Source of the DNA: a bacterium
Lineage (GTDB): Bacteria > UBA10199 > 2-02-FULL-44-16 > DYJF01
DNA length: 41,383 nucleotides
Reading direction: 5' to 3'
Assembly: GCA_041739675.1 (NCBI GenBank)
Contig: JBGSNL010000062.1
Location: 1 to 41,383 of the forward strand
This document shows, in pieces, positions 9,121 to 17,514 of the stretch (its first letter is position 1; each line of letters begins with the position of its first letter). The translations under genes were made by a program, and so were the position numbers. The notes beneath the pieces were generated by a model. The model did no database searches and had not been told where the DNA came from. It saw only the letters and a list, made by a program, of their open reading frames with translations.

Positions 9121-10082
9121 TTCTTATACCTGAAATACGAAAGCATGCTCATGATGATGATGCCCATTCCGACAAGCGTGTAGAGCCATCCGTACGGATG
9201 ATCGAGACCGGGTAGATTTCTGAAGTTCATGCCCCAGTAACCGACGACGATGCTCAAAGGAAGCATGATGGTTGCGATGACGGTTAAGACCTTCATCACC
9301 TCGTTCATGCGGTTGTTGACCTGCGAGAGATATGCGTCGAGCAGGCCCATCGTGAGTTCGCGGAAGCTCGATGTCTTTTCCGAAAAACGATACAAGTGGT
9401 CGTAAAGATCGCGCGCAAGAAGCAACCCATGCGGCGTGATGATCTCAAATTCCCCCAGCGCCATGCGGTTGATGACGTCGAGCTGCTGCGTTGCGATCGA
9501 GCGGAGTTTCACGACGTCTTTGCGCAGCGCAAATATTCTCTGCAGATCGGACGATGTCGGCGAATTGAAGATCGTCTCCTCTGCGTCGTCGAGTTTCGAT
9601 TCTATGCGGTCCATCATCGGAAAATAACTGTCGATCATCCTCCTCAAGATAGCGTGCGCAACCGCTTCCGCGCCCCTCGTGAAAAGGTGGGTCAACGTGA
9701 CAAGCTCGTTGTGATAGGCGTCAACCGCCCGAATGCGGTGGTTCCTCGCCGTCACGACGAAGTTTTTGCCGATGAAGATGTAGAGTTCGTATGTATGGAT
9801 TTTCTCTTCGCCTTCCTTATCCTGCAGGATGATATCGTGAAGAATGACGAAGAGGCTGCCTTCATACTCCTCAACTTTCGGGAGCATTCTGGGATGGGAC
9901 ATGTCCTCTATTGCCAAAGGATGGAGTTTCATCACGTCTTTTAAAAATGCCGTGTGTTCCTCTATGGGAGACGAGATATCAACCCACAGCTGGCTTTTGC
10001 CGTCGGCGAGTTTTTCAGCGACTTGTTCTTTAGTCACTTCGATTGCCTGTTCGCCCGGCACGCACGCATAGGCCTTGAACAT
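9111..10082 (-). CDS. corA: Magnesium/cobalt transporter CorA
   Basis: LHPLAIED, NEVMKVLTVIATI, GMN signature (YWGMNF) and two C-terminal TM helices. Confidence 0.93.
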   Translation of the reverse strand: MFKAYACVPGEQAIEVTKEQVAEKLADGKSQLWVDISSPIEEHTAFLKDVMKLHPLAIEDMSHPRMLPKVEEYEGSLFVILHDIILQDKEGEEKIHTYELYIFIGKNFVVTARNHRIRAVDAYHNELVTLTHLFTRGAEAVAHAILRRMIDSYFPMMDRIESKLDDAEETIFNSPTSSDLQRIFALRKDVVKLRSIATQQLDVINRMALGEFEIITPHGLLLARDLYDHLYRFSEKTSSFRELTMGLLDAYLSQVNNRMNEVMKVLTVIATIMLPLSIVVGYWGMNFRNLPGLDHPYGWLYTLVGMGIIIMSMLSYFRYKKWL

Positions 10083-10090
10083 AGAACCCC

Positions 10091-12202
10091 CTATTGATTG
10101 GGAATTTTCTTGCTCGCATCAACTCCCATTGCCCTGAACATCAGGACTTCGTCTGCGGGCGTGACCTTCAATGATAACGCGCCTGTGGGACACAGCGGCA
10201 CGCACTTGAGACATGAATCGCACGTAGACTTGTTCCACGGACGCTCGAAGATTGGCTTCATCTCGGCAACGAATCCGCGCTTCACAAATCCAAGCGCGTC
10301 CAGTTTCTTCACTTCGGAACAGACGCGTATGCACGATCCGCAGAGTATGCACTTGTGCCCTTCGTAGCGGATCTGGGGGTTGGATTCGTCGACAAAGATA
10401 TGCCGTTTTGCGCCCGCAAAGCGGTCGGGTTCGGATTTGTATTCAAGCGCCAGGCGCCTTATCGTGCAGGATTCGTACGATCTGCATCCGCACGAGAGGC
10501 AGCGTTCCGCTTCCTTTCTTGCAAGTTCCATAGTGAAGCCGGTTTCCACTTCCGCAAAATCCTTGATCCTTTCTTTTGCGGGAAGCTCCGGCATTCCGGT
10601 CCTGGGCGCCTCCTCCACCTTTTCAAAGAGCTCTTGAGGGGCCTCTTCTTTTTTGCCCATCGAGTGGAGATACGGCTTTGGCGTTCCCGTTATCTTCTCC
10701 CCTTTGAAATACTGATCGATGGAGGCCGCTGCCTTCTTGCCGGCCGCAGTTGCCGTCACGGCTATATCCGCGCCGGTTGCACAATCGCCGCCGGCAAATA
10801 TCCCGGCGACATTCGTCTCGAACGTATCGGAATTAACATCGAGAGTGTTCCACTTTGTGAGCTTGATGTCGAACGGTTCGTCATCAAGACATGTCGTGTC
10901 GACACCCTGGCCGATCGCCGAGATGACCGCCGATGCGTGAGCCGTGAATTCCGAACCCGGAATGGGAATGGGTTTTCTGCGGCCCGATGCGTCCGGTTCC
11001 CCAAGCTGCATCTTGATACAGGTCAATGTGACGCCTGACGCGTCCTTGGCCATCTTCTGCGGCAACGTCAAAAATTGGATATCAACTCCCTCGTGCTCCG
11101 CCGCCTCGATCTCCACTTTGTTGGCCGGCATCTCATCGCGGCTCCTGCGATACATTATGGTAACTTTTTTTGCGCCGAACCTGAGCGACGTGCGCGCAGC
11201 GTCTATCGCGGTGTTCCCGCCGCCGACGACTACGACTTCATTTCCTATGTTCACCTTTTTGCCCAGCGCAACGTCTTCAAGAAACGCTATTCCCGAAATC
11301 GCCCCGCCCTCTTTTTCCCCTTCCACTCTCATGTCGGATGCCGACTGCGCGCCAATCGCCAGAAAAACCGCGTCGTATTCCTTTTTAAGCTTATCTATCG
11401 TGAAATCTTTTCCCAGCCTTTTGTTCAAAAGGATATCCACCCCCATCTTTTCGATGAGGCCGATCTCTTTCGCAAGGATGTCGCGCGGAAGACGATACGC
11501 GGGGATTCCGTAGCGGAGCATCCCGCCCGGTTCCGGGTGCGCGTCGAACACCGTCACTGCGTGTCCCTCTTTTCTCAAGAAAAAAGCTGCTGAAAGACCG
11601 GCAGGTCCGGCGCCGACGATTGCAACTTTTTTGCCGGATGATTTGCCGGGTGTTGCAATATACGGAGCCGGCGATTCAAGATCCTTGTCGGCAATGTAAC
11701 GCTTGAGAAAACAGATGGAGACCGCATCGTCAACACGCGCGCGGCGGCATTCTGTCTCGCACGGGCGCGGGCAGACACGGCCCAAACTCGCAGGGAATGG
11801 AAGATTTTCTTTTATGATCTTGATCGCCTCTTTTTCAGTGCTCTTTGCGAGCAGCGAAATAAATCCCGGGATGTCTATTCCCGCAGGGCACGTGACCTGA
11901 CACGGCGCGCGGCAATCGCCGCAGTGATCCGAAAGCAGAAGTTCGACACACACCTTGCGGGAGGCCAAAACTCTCGGGCTGTGCGTCTGAACATCCAGAT
12001 TGTCCGATACAAGTGTGGAGCAGGAAGGAACGAGCCTCGGAAGCCCCTTCACCTCGACAACACAGATGAAGCATGAGGCGAAAGGAGCCAGCTCTTCATG
12101 GTGGCAAAGAGTGGGAATCGTGATTCCTTCTCTCTTGGCCACGGTGAGAATTGTTTCACCGCACTCGCACTTAGCCTCTTTTCCGTTCAAAATTATTTTC
12201 AT
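10091..12202 (-). CDS. Fe-S flavoprotein: NuoG/HydA-type N-terminal Fe-S domain with an inserted GltD/NfnB-like FAD/NADP(H) module (StnC/BfuA-like, short form)
   Basis: [2Fe-2S] PTLC...CFIC...PSC; DHCGDC-RAPCQVTCP; GRVCPRPCETEC; GAGPAG; GGGNTAIDAAR and YRRS; CLSCGC; two CxxCxxCxxxC motifs at the end. No H-cluster or Mo-bisPGD domain. Confidence 0.85.
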   Translation of the reverse strand: MKIILNGKEAKCECGETILTVAKREGITIPTLCHHEELAPFASCFICVVEVKGLPRLVPSCSTLVSDNLDVQTHSPRVLASRKVCVELLLSDHCGDCRAPCQVTCPAGIDIPGFISLLAKSTEKEAIKIIKENLPFPASLGRVCPRPCETECRRARVDDAVSICFLKRYIADKDLESPAPYIATPGKSSGKKVAIVGAGPAGLSAAFFLRKEGHAVTVFDAHPEPGGMLRYGIPAYRLPRDILAKEIGLIEKMGVDILLNKRLGKDFTIDKLKKEYDAVFLAIGAQSASDMRVEGEKEGGAISGIAFLEDVALGKKVNIGNEVVVVGGGNTAIDAARTSLRFGAKKVTIMYRRSRDEMPANKVEIEAAEHEGVDIQFLTLPQKMAKDASGVTLTCIKMQLGEPDASGRRKPIPIPGSEFTAHASAVISAIGQGVDTTCLDDEPFDIKLTKWNTLDVNSDTFETNVAGIFAGGDCATGADIAVTATAAGKKAAASIDQYFKGEKITGTPKPYLHSMGKKEEAPQELFEKVEEAPRTGMPELPAKERIKDFAEVETGFTMELARKEAERCLSCGCRSYESCTIRRLALEYKSEPDRFAGAKRHIFVDESNPQIRYEGHKCILCGSCIRVCSEVKKLDALGFVKRGFVAEMKPIFERPWNKSTCDSCLKCVPLCPTGALSLKVTPADEVLMFRAMGVDASKKIPNQ

Positions 12203-12226
12203 ACTCTCCTCGTCGTAGTGATGACT

Positions 12227-14506
12227 TCACTTTACGTCTATCGCGTCCACCGGACAAATCTGATAGCAGGCGCCGCACTGTGTGCACACAGACTCCAGAA
12301 TCAGATGTGCCTTTTTCTTTTCGCCGGTAATTGCCTTCACGGGACAGATCGCAAGGCACGCGCCGCAACCGGTGCAGCGCTCCGCCGAGATTGTGTATTC
12401 GATGAGCGCGCGGCATTTGCCCGCGGGACACCTTCCCTCATTTATATGCGCCTCGTATTCGCTTCTGAAATATTTAAGCGTCGTGAGAACGGGATTGGGC
12501 GCGGTCTGTCCCAGCCCGCAAAGGCTTGACACTTTGATCTGCGCTGCAAGTTCTTCCAAGAGTTCGATATCGCCTTTGCGCCCTTCTCCGTTAGTGATGC
12601 GCGTTAAAATCTCCAGCATGCGGCGCGTGCCTATCCTGCAGAACGTGCACTTGCCGCACGATTCGTTCTGCGTGAAATCCAGGAAGAACTTTGCGATATC
12701 GACCATGCATGCGCGGTCGTCCATCACAACCATGCCGCCCGAACCCATGATGGCGCCCGTGGCATTGACTGCGTCGTAATCGACAATGGTATTCATGAGA
12801 GTGTCGGGGATACAGCCGCCGGAAGGTCCGCCCAATTGCACAGCCTTCACGGGCCTGCCCGATGACGTCCCGCCACCGATGTCAGTGATGATCTCCCAGA
12901 GCGTGATTCCCATCGGAACCTCGACTAAACCTCCGCGCTTGATGTCTCCCGCCAGGGCAAAGACCTTGGAACCTTTGCTCTTCTCGGTTCCGTATTTTGC
13001 AAAGGCCGCAAAGCCGTTATTTACGATCCACGGGATGTTCGCAAACGTCTCAACGTTGTTGATGTTTGTGGGTTTGCCCCAGAGACCGGCTTGTGCCGGG
13101 AACGGCGGGCGAACGCGCGGCATGCCGCGTTTTCCTTCTATCGATGCGATGAGGGCGGTCTCCTCTCCGCAGACAAATGCTCCGGCTCCCTCTTTGACTA
13201 CGATATCAAAATGTTTTCCGAGATACCCTTTTTTGCGTGCCTGATCGATTGCGATGTTCAAGCGCTTCACTGCGAGCGGATATTCCGCGCGGCAATAGAT
13301 GTAGCCGTGTGTGGCGCCGATTGCGTGCGCGCAGATGATCATCCCTTCAAGGACGCGGTGCGGATCGCTCTCCAAAACGGAGCGGTCCATGAAAGCGCCC
13401 GGATCTCCTTCGTCGGCGTTGCAGACGATATATTTTTCGTCACCTTGCGCCTTTCTGCAGAACTCCCACTTCATACCGGTTGAAAATCCGGCGCCGCCGC
13501 GCCCTCTGAGCCCCGATTTTTTGATTTCATCAATGACCAGCTCGGGCGTCATTCCCTTCTTCACCTTTTCCCAAGCCGTGTAGCCGCCGACCTTCAGATA
13601 TTCGTCGATCGATTCGGGGTCGATGCGCCCGCAATTTTCCAAAACGATGCGGACCTGTTTTGAATAGAACGCGTGCTCGTCGCTCCCCTCTTTTTCGAGA
13701 TCGATTATTTTTTTCTCAACAGGCCTGCCTTGCGCCACATGCTCCTGCAAAATCTTTTTTGCCGTCGACCCATCTACATATCCGTAAAATGTCTTTGTGC
13801 CGTCCCGCGCAATCAGCTCCACCAGCGGCTCGCAGTGGCACATGCCTATGCAGCCGACTTCAGTAAGAGTATAACCGAGCTTGAACTTTTCATTCGCAGC
13901 CTGAAATATATCAAAAACCGCCTTGCCGCCCGACGCGATGCCGCACGATCCGAGGCCTATGAGAACTTGCACGATCTCTTTGCCGCCCAGATCTTTTTTG
14001 TCGACGGCCAAGGTCCCCAGAAGATCCTCTTTTTTATCCTGGCACTTGCAGAAATTGTCGATCGTCTTTGCCGCTTTCTGGCGGTTGAGTTTTGCATAGA
14101 CAGTTTCATCAATCATGACAACTGGTGCCAGCGAGCAGCAGCCGAGACACGCTACCGAATCCACGGTGAACTCTTTGTCTTCGGTGGTACCGCCTTCAGC
14201 CGGCACTCCCAACCTGTCGCCCAGCGATTCGGAGATTCCTATCGCGCCCGCGACGTGACATGCCGTTCCGTGGCAGACCTTGATCAGATGTTTGCCGACT
14301 GGAGAAAGGCGAAATTGTGCAAAGAAAGTGGCAACGCCGTAGAGCTGGGCCGCCGGAGTTTCCGTCTTCTTTGAAATTTGCTCCAGCGCCTCGATCGGAA
14401 GATAGCGCAGCTCCTTCTGGACCGCCTGCAAGATAGGAATCGTGGCCGAGAGCTTTTTGCCCTTCTCCTCGATGATTTTGTCCACCGCCTTCATGTCAAA
14501 TGCCAT
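12227..14506 (-). CDS. Fused NuoE + thioredoxin-like [2Fe-2S] + NuoF + 2x[4Fe-4S] protein (HydC-HydB / BfuC-BfuB fusion)
   Basis: Start MAFDMK at 14506 after AAGGGG. Motifs CHGTAC...CLGCC, CIGMCHCEP, GRGGAGF, NADEGDPGAFMDR, GEETAL, ESCGKCTFC, LCGLG, HINEGRCPAGKC and two C-terminal ferredoxin motifs. Confidence 0.9.
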   Translation of the reverse strand: MAFDMKAVDKIIEEKGKKLSATIPILQAVQKELRYLPIEALEQISKKTETPAAQLYGVATFFAQFRLSPVGKHLIKVCHGTACHVAGAIGISESLGDRLGVPAEGGTTEDKEFTVDSVACLGCCSLAPVVMIDETVYAKLNRQKAAKTIDNFCKCQDKKEDLLGTLAVDKKDLGGKEIVQVLIGLGSCGIASGGKAVFDIFQAANEKFKLGYTLTEVGCIGMCHCEPLVELIARDGTKTFYGYVDGSTAKKILQEHVAQGRPVEKKIIDLEKEGSDEHAFYSKQVRIVLENCGRIDPESIDEYLKVGGYTAWEKVKKGMTPELVIDEIKKSGLRGRGGAGFSTGMKWEFCRKAQGDEKYIVCNADEGDPGAFMDRSVLESDPHRVLEGMIICAHAIGATHGYIYCRAEYPLAVKRLNIAIDQARKKGYLGKHFDIVVKEGAGAFVCGEETALIASIEGKRGMPRVRPPFPAQAGLWGKPTNINNVETFANIPWIVNNGFAAFAKYGTEKSKGSKVFALAGDIKRGGLVEVPMGITLWEIITDIGGGTSSGRPVKAVQLGGPSGGCIPDTLMNTIVDYDAVNATGAIMGSGGMVVMDDRACMVDIAKFFLDFTQNESCGKCTFCRIGTRRMLEILTRITNGEGRKGDIELLEELAAQIKVSSLCGLGQTAPNPVLTTLKYFRSEYEAHINEGRCPAGKCRALIEYTISAERCTGCGACLAICPVKAITGEKKKAHLILESVCTQCGACYQICPVDAIDVK

Positions 14507-14530
14507 AGAAAACCCCTTGTAAATGATTAA

Positions 14531-14706
14531 GAGTGCGTAACACAATGAGGTTCGTCACGAAAATGCCGATTTTGGAGCGAGACAAGGAGGATGAGCAAAA
14601 AGCGCGGAGGCGTAGCCGAAGCTACGTCGAGCACTTTTTGTGAAATCCGACGCTGTCGCAGCCCAAAATCGGCATTTGTAGTAGAATCTCATTGTGTTAC
14701 GCACTC
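14531..14706. mobile_element. 176 bp MITE with terminal inverted repeats and TAA target-site duplication (IS5/IS1031-like ends)
   Basis: TIR GAGTGCGTAACACAATGAG (19 bp perfect, 23 bp with one mismatch). TAA at 14528-14530 and 14707-14709. Inner IR AAATGCCGATTTTGG/CCAAAATCGGCATTT and apical CGTAGC-CGAA-GCTACG. Confidence 0.8.
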
Positions 14707-14831
14707 TAATTAAAGGACTTTTCGATTACCGCGCCGGTGAGGTTATGTCAACGCCAGCGTTGCTCGCTCAAGCATTTCACTCATTTCCATGTAACATGGG
14801 GTTTCCCTTGCGTGAGGCCTTAAGCCCTTCG

Positions 14832-15003
14832 CCTCAGATTGAAAAAGTGGCTTATGGGTGACATTTCCCTCGCTACGGCGCCTCGCCTCAGACGCCGTCT
14901 CGGCGCCTGCGTTTCATTGCGCCGCAGCATCATATGGCTACTGAAAGCGACGCAATTCAACGCCGCTCGGGAAAAGTCCCCCAACGCCACTTTTTCAATG
15001 AGG
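14832..15003. repeat. Fold-back (MITE/REP-like) element 2
   Basis: ATTGAAAAAGTGGC (14838-14851) pairs with GCCACTTTTTCAAT (14986-14999). The imperfect stem extends inward and encloses two internal hairpins. Confidence 0.65.
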
Positions 15004-15027
15004 ACAAAACTCGGAGGCGTGGACAAC

Positions 15028-15053
15028 AAAAAACCCCGCAAGCGCGGGGTATT
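15028..15053 (-). terminator. Intrinsic terminator of 15087..15920
   Basis: Minus strand ACCCCGC-GCTT-GCGGGGT followed by a T tract. Confidence 0.8.
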
Positions 15054-15086
15054 CGTTTGAATAGCTGAAGTTTTGTCGATTCTAGC

Positions 15087-15920
15087 TTACGGCATGTCCC
15101 ACACTTTACAAGATCCTTCATAACTACGGCTTGGGTCGAGAACCAATCCAGTGCCTATGGGCGTGGTATCAAATGATGTGCAATGAATGATATTGTTAGC
15201 TTCATTTGTCTCACTGATTTTATTCTCCGGATCCAAAATTATCCAGAAGTCGACCAGATATGGCTCACCACTTGTTGCGTCAGCCCAAGTCATAAGATAC
15301 GACATGGCGATATGAAATGACAATGTTGTCGGGCCATTCTCTGTAGATAAGCAAAGATCATAGCTCATCGCTGGTTTCCTTGTGGCGCCACCCACTGATA
15401 AAGCGCTATCCACTGCTGGCGGTCCAGGAATTACACGAACATGAACAACTCGCCCTTCAGGAAATCTTGATGAATATGAACCATATCGATCAGGTGGATT
15501 GGAAGCTATTCCGCCATTGAAACTCAATATTGGTGGGGGCCCACCATGCGCGGGAAATATTCTCTCCATGGCTAATCCTGTGAACATCAAATCGTAGCCT
15601 GCACCGATGCTCGGCAAATCGCCACATTGAATCATTCTAGGCATTACGGATATAGCTGCTGGAGGAGTAGAGATAGTGGAGCCGCCACCTGCCGGTGATT
15701 TTGATACAGATATCGGAGCCACAGTAAATGTCGAGCCGGGTGTAGGTGATTTTGAAAGCATGGTCGTGGGTGCTTTCGACGTGTTTGACGACCCTGACGG
15801 TCGTGCAGTCTGCGGCGCACGTGTCGGTGCCCACTGTGAAAATGCGTCGTGGGCAATCAAGGTCACAAAGGCGACGAGCGAAACTACGATCAATGAACGC
15901 AACACATTTATACTCTTCAT
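15087..15920 (-). CDS. Secreted protein with Pro/Ser/Thr-rich linker and C-terminal CARDB-like Ig-fold motif
   Basis: MKSINV start after GGGGG. Signal peptide ending AFS, low-complexity linker and ILDPENKISETNEANN (CARDB-type D..N.I.E.NE.NN). Confidence 0.7.
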   Translation of the reverse strand: MKSINVLRSLIVVSLVAFVTLIAHDAFSQWAPTRAPQTARPSGSSNTSKAPTTMLSKSPTPGSTFTVAPISVSKSPAGGGSTISTPPAAISVMPRMIQCGDLPSIGAGYDLMFTGLAMERIFPAHGGPPPILSFNGGIASNPPDRYGSYSSRFPEGRVVHVRVIPGPPAVDSALSVGGATRKPAMSYDLCLSTENGPTTLSFHIAMSYLMTWADATSGEPYLVDFWIILDPENKISETNEANNIIHCTSFDTTPIGTGLVLDPSRSYEGSCKVWDMP

Positions 15921-15961
15921 AACTACCCCCATTTGCATTGTGTTTTACGAGATCATTTAAG

Positions 15962-15977
15962 AGCAAAATTCGTTCCA
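15962..15977 (-). promoter_or_regulatory. Sigma-54 (-24/-12) promoter of 15087..15920
   Basis: Minus strand TGGAAC-GAATT-TTGCT with correct GG/GC spacing. IHF-like TTTCAA-GCTA-TTA at 16005-16017. Confidence 0.6.
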
Positions 15978-16080
15978 ACTCCTGCAATATTAAAAACCCT
16001 TGTTTTTCAAGCTATTATCTGTGTGTAATGGCCTCCAGTCCAATTTCAGGATGATAAAACTATCATTTTAAGAGGAGAAT

Positions 16081-16458
16081 ATGACCGAAGAGGAATTTCA
16101 GGTGGTTGTCGAGGAGGCGATAGATCAGCTTCCGGATGAATTTCGCGATCATCTCAAGAATGTCGAGGTTGTGATCCAGGATTGGCCGGACAGCTATCAG
16201 AAATCAAAAATGAAGCAGAAGTACGCGACCGAACGGAAATTCATTCTCTTGGGCCTTTACGAAGGCGTACCTCTCAAACATAGAAGTGTCTTCCAAACAC
16301 CCGGCCTTCCCGATCGTATAACTCTTTTCCGGAAGACGATCGAACAATACTGTTCCACACATGAGGAGATGGTGGATCAGATCCAGCGCACATTTCTGCA
16401 TGAGATCGGCCATTATTTCGGATTGTCGGATAAGAGATTACGTGAATTGGGATTTTAA
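16081..16458 (+). CDS. Minimal zincin metallopeptidase (Zincin_1/DUF1025 family)
   Basis: AGAGGAG RBS; LLGLYEGVPL, PDRITLFR and HEIGHYFG. Confidence 0.9.
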   Translation: MTEEEFQVVVEEAIDQLPDEFRDHLKNVEVVIQDWPDSYQKSKMKQKYATERKFILLGLYEGVPLKHRSVFQTPGLPDRITLFRKTIEQYCSTHEEMVDQIQRTFLHEIGHYFGLSDKRLRELGF

Positions 16459-16606
16459 GCAAAACTCGGAGGCGTAGGGCAACTCTTCGCTAGTAGCCTC
16501 AGGCTTTGGCCTGCGGCATTTTTGCGCAAACTAAAGTTTGCGGCTACACTTCAAGTGGGAGCTTAAAGGAGACGAGAAGAGTTGGCCGAGAGCGTCCGAG
16601 TTTTGC
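16459..16606. repeat. Fold-back element 3, filling the gap between two convergent genes
   Basis: GCAAAACTCGGA (16459-16470) / TCCGAGTTTTGC (16595-16606); inner CAACTCTTC/GAAGAGTTG; internal hairpins CAGGC-TTTG-GCCTG and CGCAAACT-AA-AGTTTGCG. Confidence 0.7.
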
Positions 16607-17511
16607 TATCTTAATCTTATCGTATATTTCTTTCCCATCCTGACAGGATTGTATGACTTCTTTGCGCGGCGCAGGCCCGGAATTCCAAGGTCCTGCTCGC
16701 GGTTTATCAATTTATATTTCGGATCGATCGATTGCGCAAAACGCTGATTGATAAACTGATAGATACCGCGAAATTTATCGTCGGCTTTCTCCACGTGAAT
16801 GACGTATGTATCGTGATTTAGCGGCTCACCCATCGTGATTCCCACAATTTTTCCCTCGAAACGAACGGCTGCACCTGTGAGGTGGAGTACCTCGAAGTGC
16901 GAGAGCATCCTGTATATCGCGCACATCTCTTTTGAAAGCTTGGGATCCTTTTCGCATTCGCGCGTCGTGCACCATGAATGCTCGAATTTGAGCGCCTCAT
17001 CCACCGTTGCAACGGTCAGGGGTTCGAAGCTCGCGTCATATTTTCGTTCGAACTGGCGCAGGAGATTTTTCTTGTCGTGAAACTTGTTGCCGGAAAGATT
17101 CACCAGTTCGTCGCGCGAATAGATATAATCGAACTGGTCGGGCTCCTCTTCAACAATGATATCGGAGGAAGAAGCCCGAAGCCCTTCGACGATCTTTTCG
17201 TCTGCGCAGTGAAAATGATCCGCGACTTTTGCATTAATGACCTCTTTCAACGTCCCCAAAAGATCCTTTTCAGCCTGTGGCCCGATGGGAGGGTAGAGAC
17301 CGCCCTTTCCGCAGGTTCTGGTGAGGATAAGAAGCGTCTCACCCATGCGCGAAACCTGAAATTCATATTCAGCCATCCATGCAAAGAGGTTTGTAAAAGT
17401 GTATTCAGAGATGAACGGCGGATATTCGCGGAAGAGCTTATGAAAAACAGGGCCGTCGCTGATTTGCAGCTGTCGGAATTCAGGGAATAGGGGAATGTTT
17501 GAAGGGCTCAT
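16606..17511 (-). CDS. Stand-alone DUF2156 protein (aminoacyl-tRNA-dependent transferase fold, related to the MprF C-terminal domain)
   Basis: SEYTFTNLFAW, DYIY...LSGNKFHDKKN, HVEKA, GIYQFINQ and INREQDLGIPGLRRAKKSYNP. Confidence 0.88.
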   Translation of the reverse strand: MSPSNIPLFPEFRQLQISDGPVFHKLFREYPPFISEYTFTNLFAWMAEYEFQVSRMGETLLILTRTCGKGGLYPPIGPQAEKDLLGTLKEVINAKVADHFHCADEKIVEGLRASSSDIIVEEEPDQFDYIYSRDELVNLSGNKFHDKKNLLRQFERKYDASFEPLTVATVDEALKFEHSWCTTRECEKDPKLSKEMCAIYRMLSHFEVLHLTGAAVRFEGKIVGITMGEPLNHDTYVIHVEKADDKFRGIYQFINQRFAQSIDPKYKLINREQDLGIPGLRRAKKSYNPVRMGKKYTIRLR

Positions 17512-17514
17512 AAT

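Noticed and set aside
10091..14506. Calling these Complex I nuoEFG, [FeFe]-hydrogenase, formate dehydrogenase or gltD
   Set aside because: No other nuo genes, no H-cluster or Mo-bisPGD domain, and no gltB. The domain order fits Bfu/Stn-type enzymes.
14507..14545. N-terminal extension MCYALLIIYKGFS of the NuoEF ORF
   Set aside because: It begins inside the MITE terminal repeat; the RBS supports ATG at 14506.
14820..15060. Two 73 aa ORFs on opposite strands (also 16538..16747, 32287..32508, 32327..32626)
   Set aside because: They lie over palindromic elements and terminators and lack RBS or motifs.
14531..16606. Fold-back elements as 6S RNA, SRP RNA, tRNA or CRISPR
   Set aside because: No SRP or tRNA motifs, no repeat-spacer periodicity and no cas genes. 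TIR plus TSD favours a MITE for element 1. A novel ncRNA is not excluded for the others.
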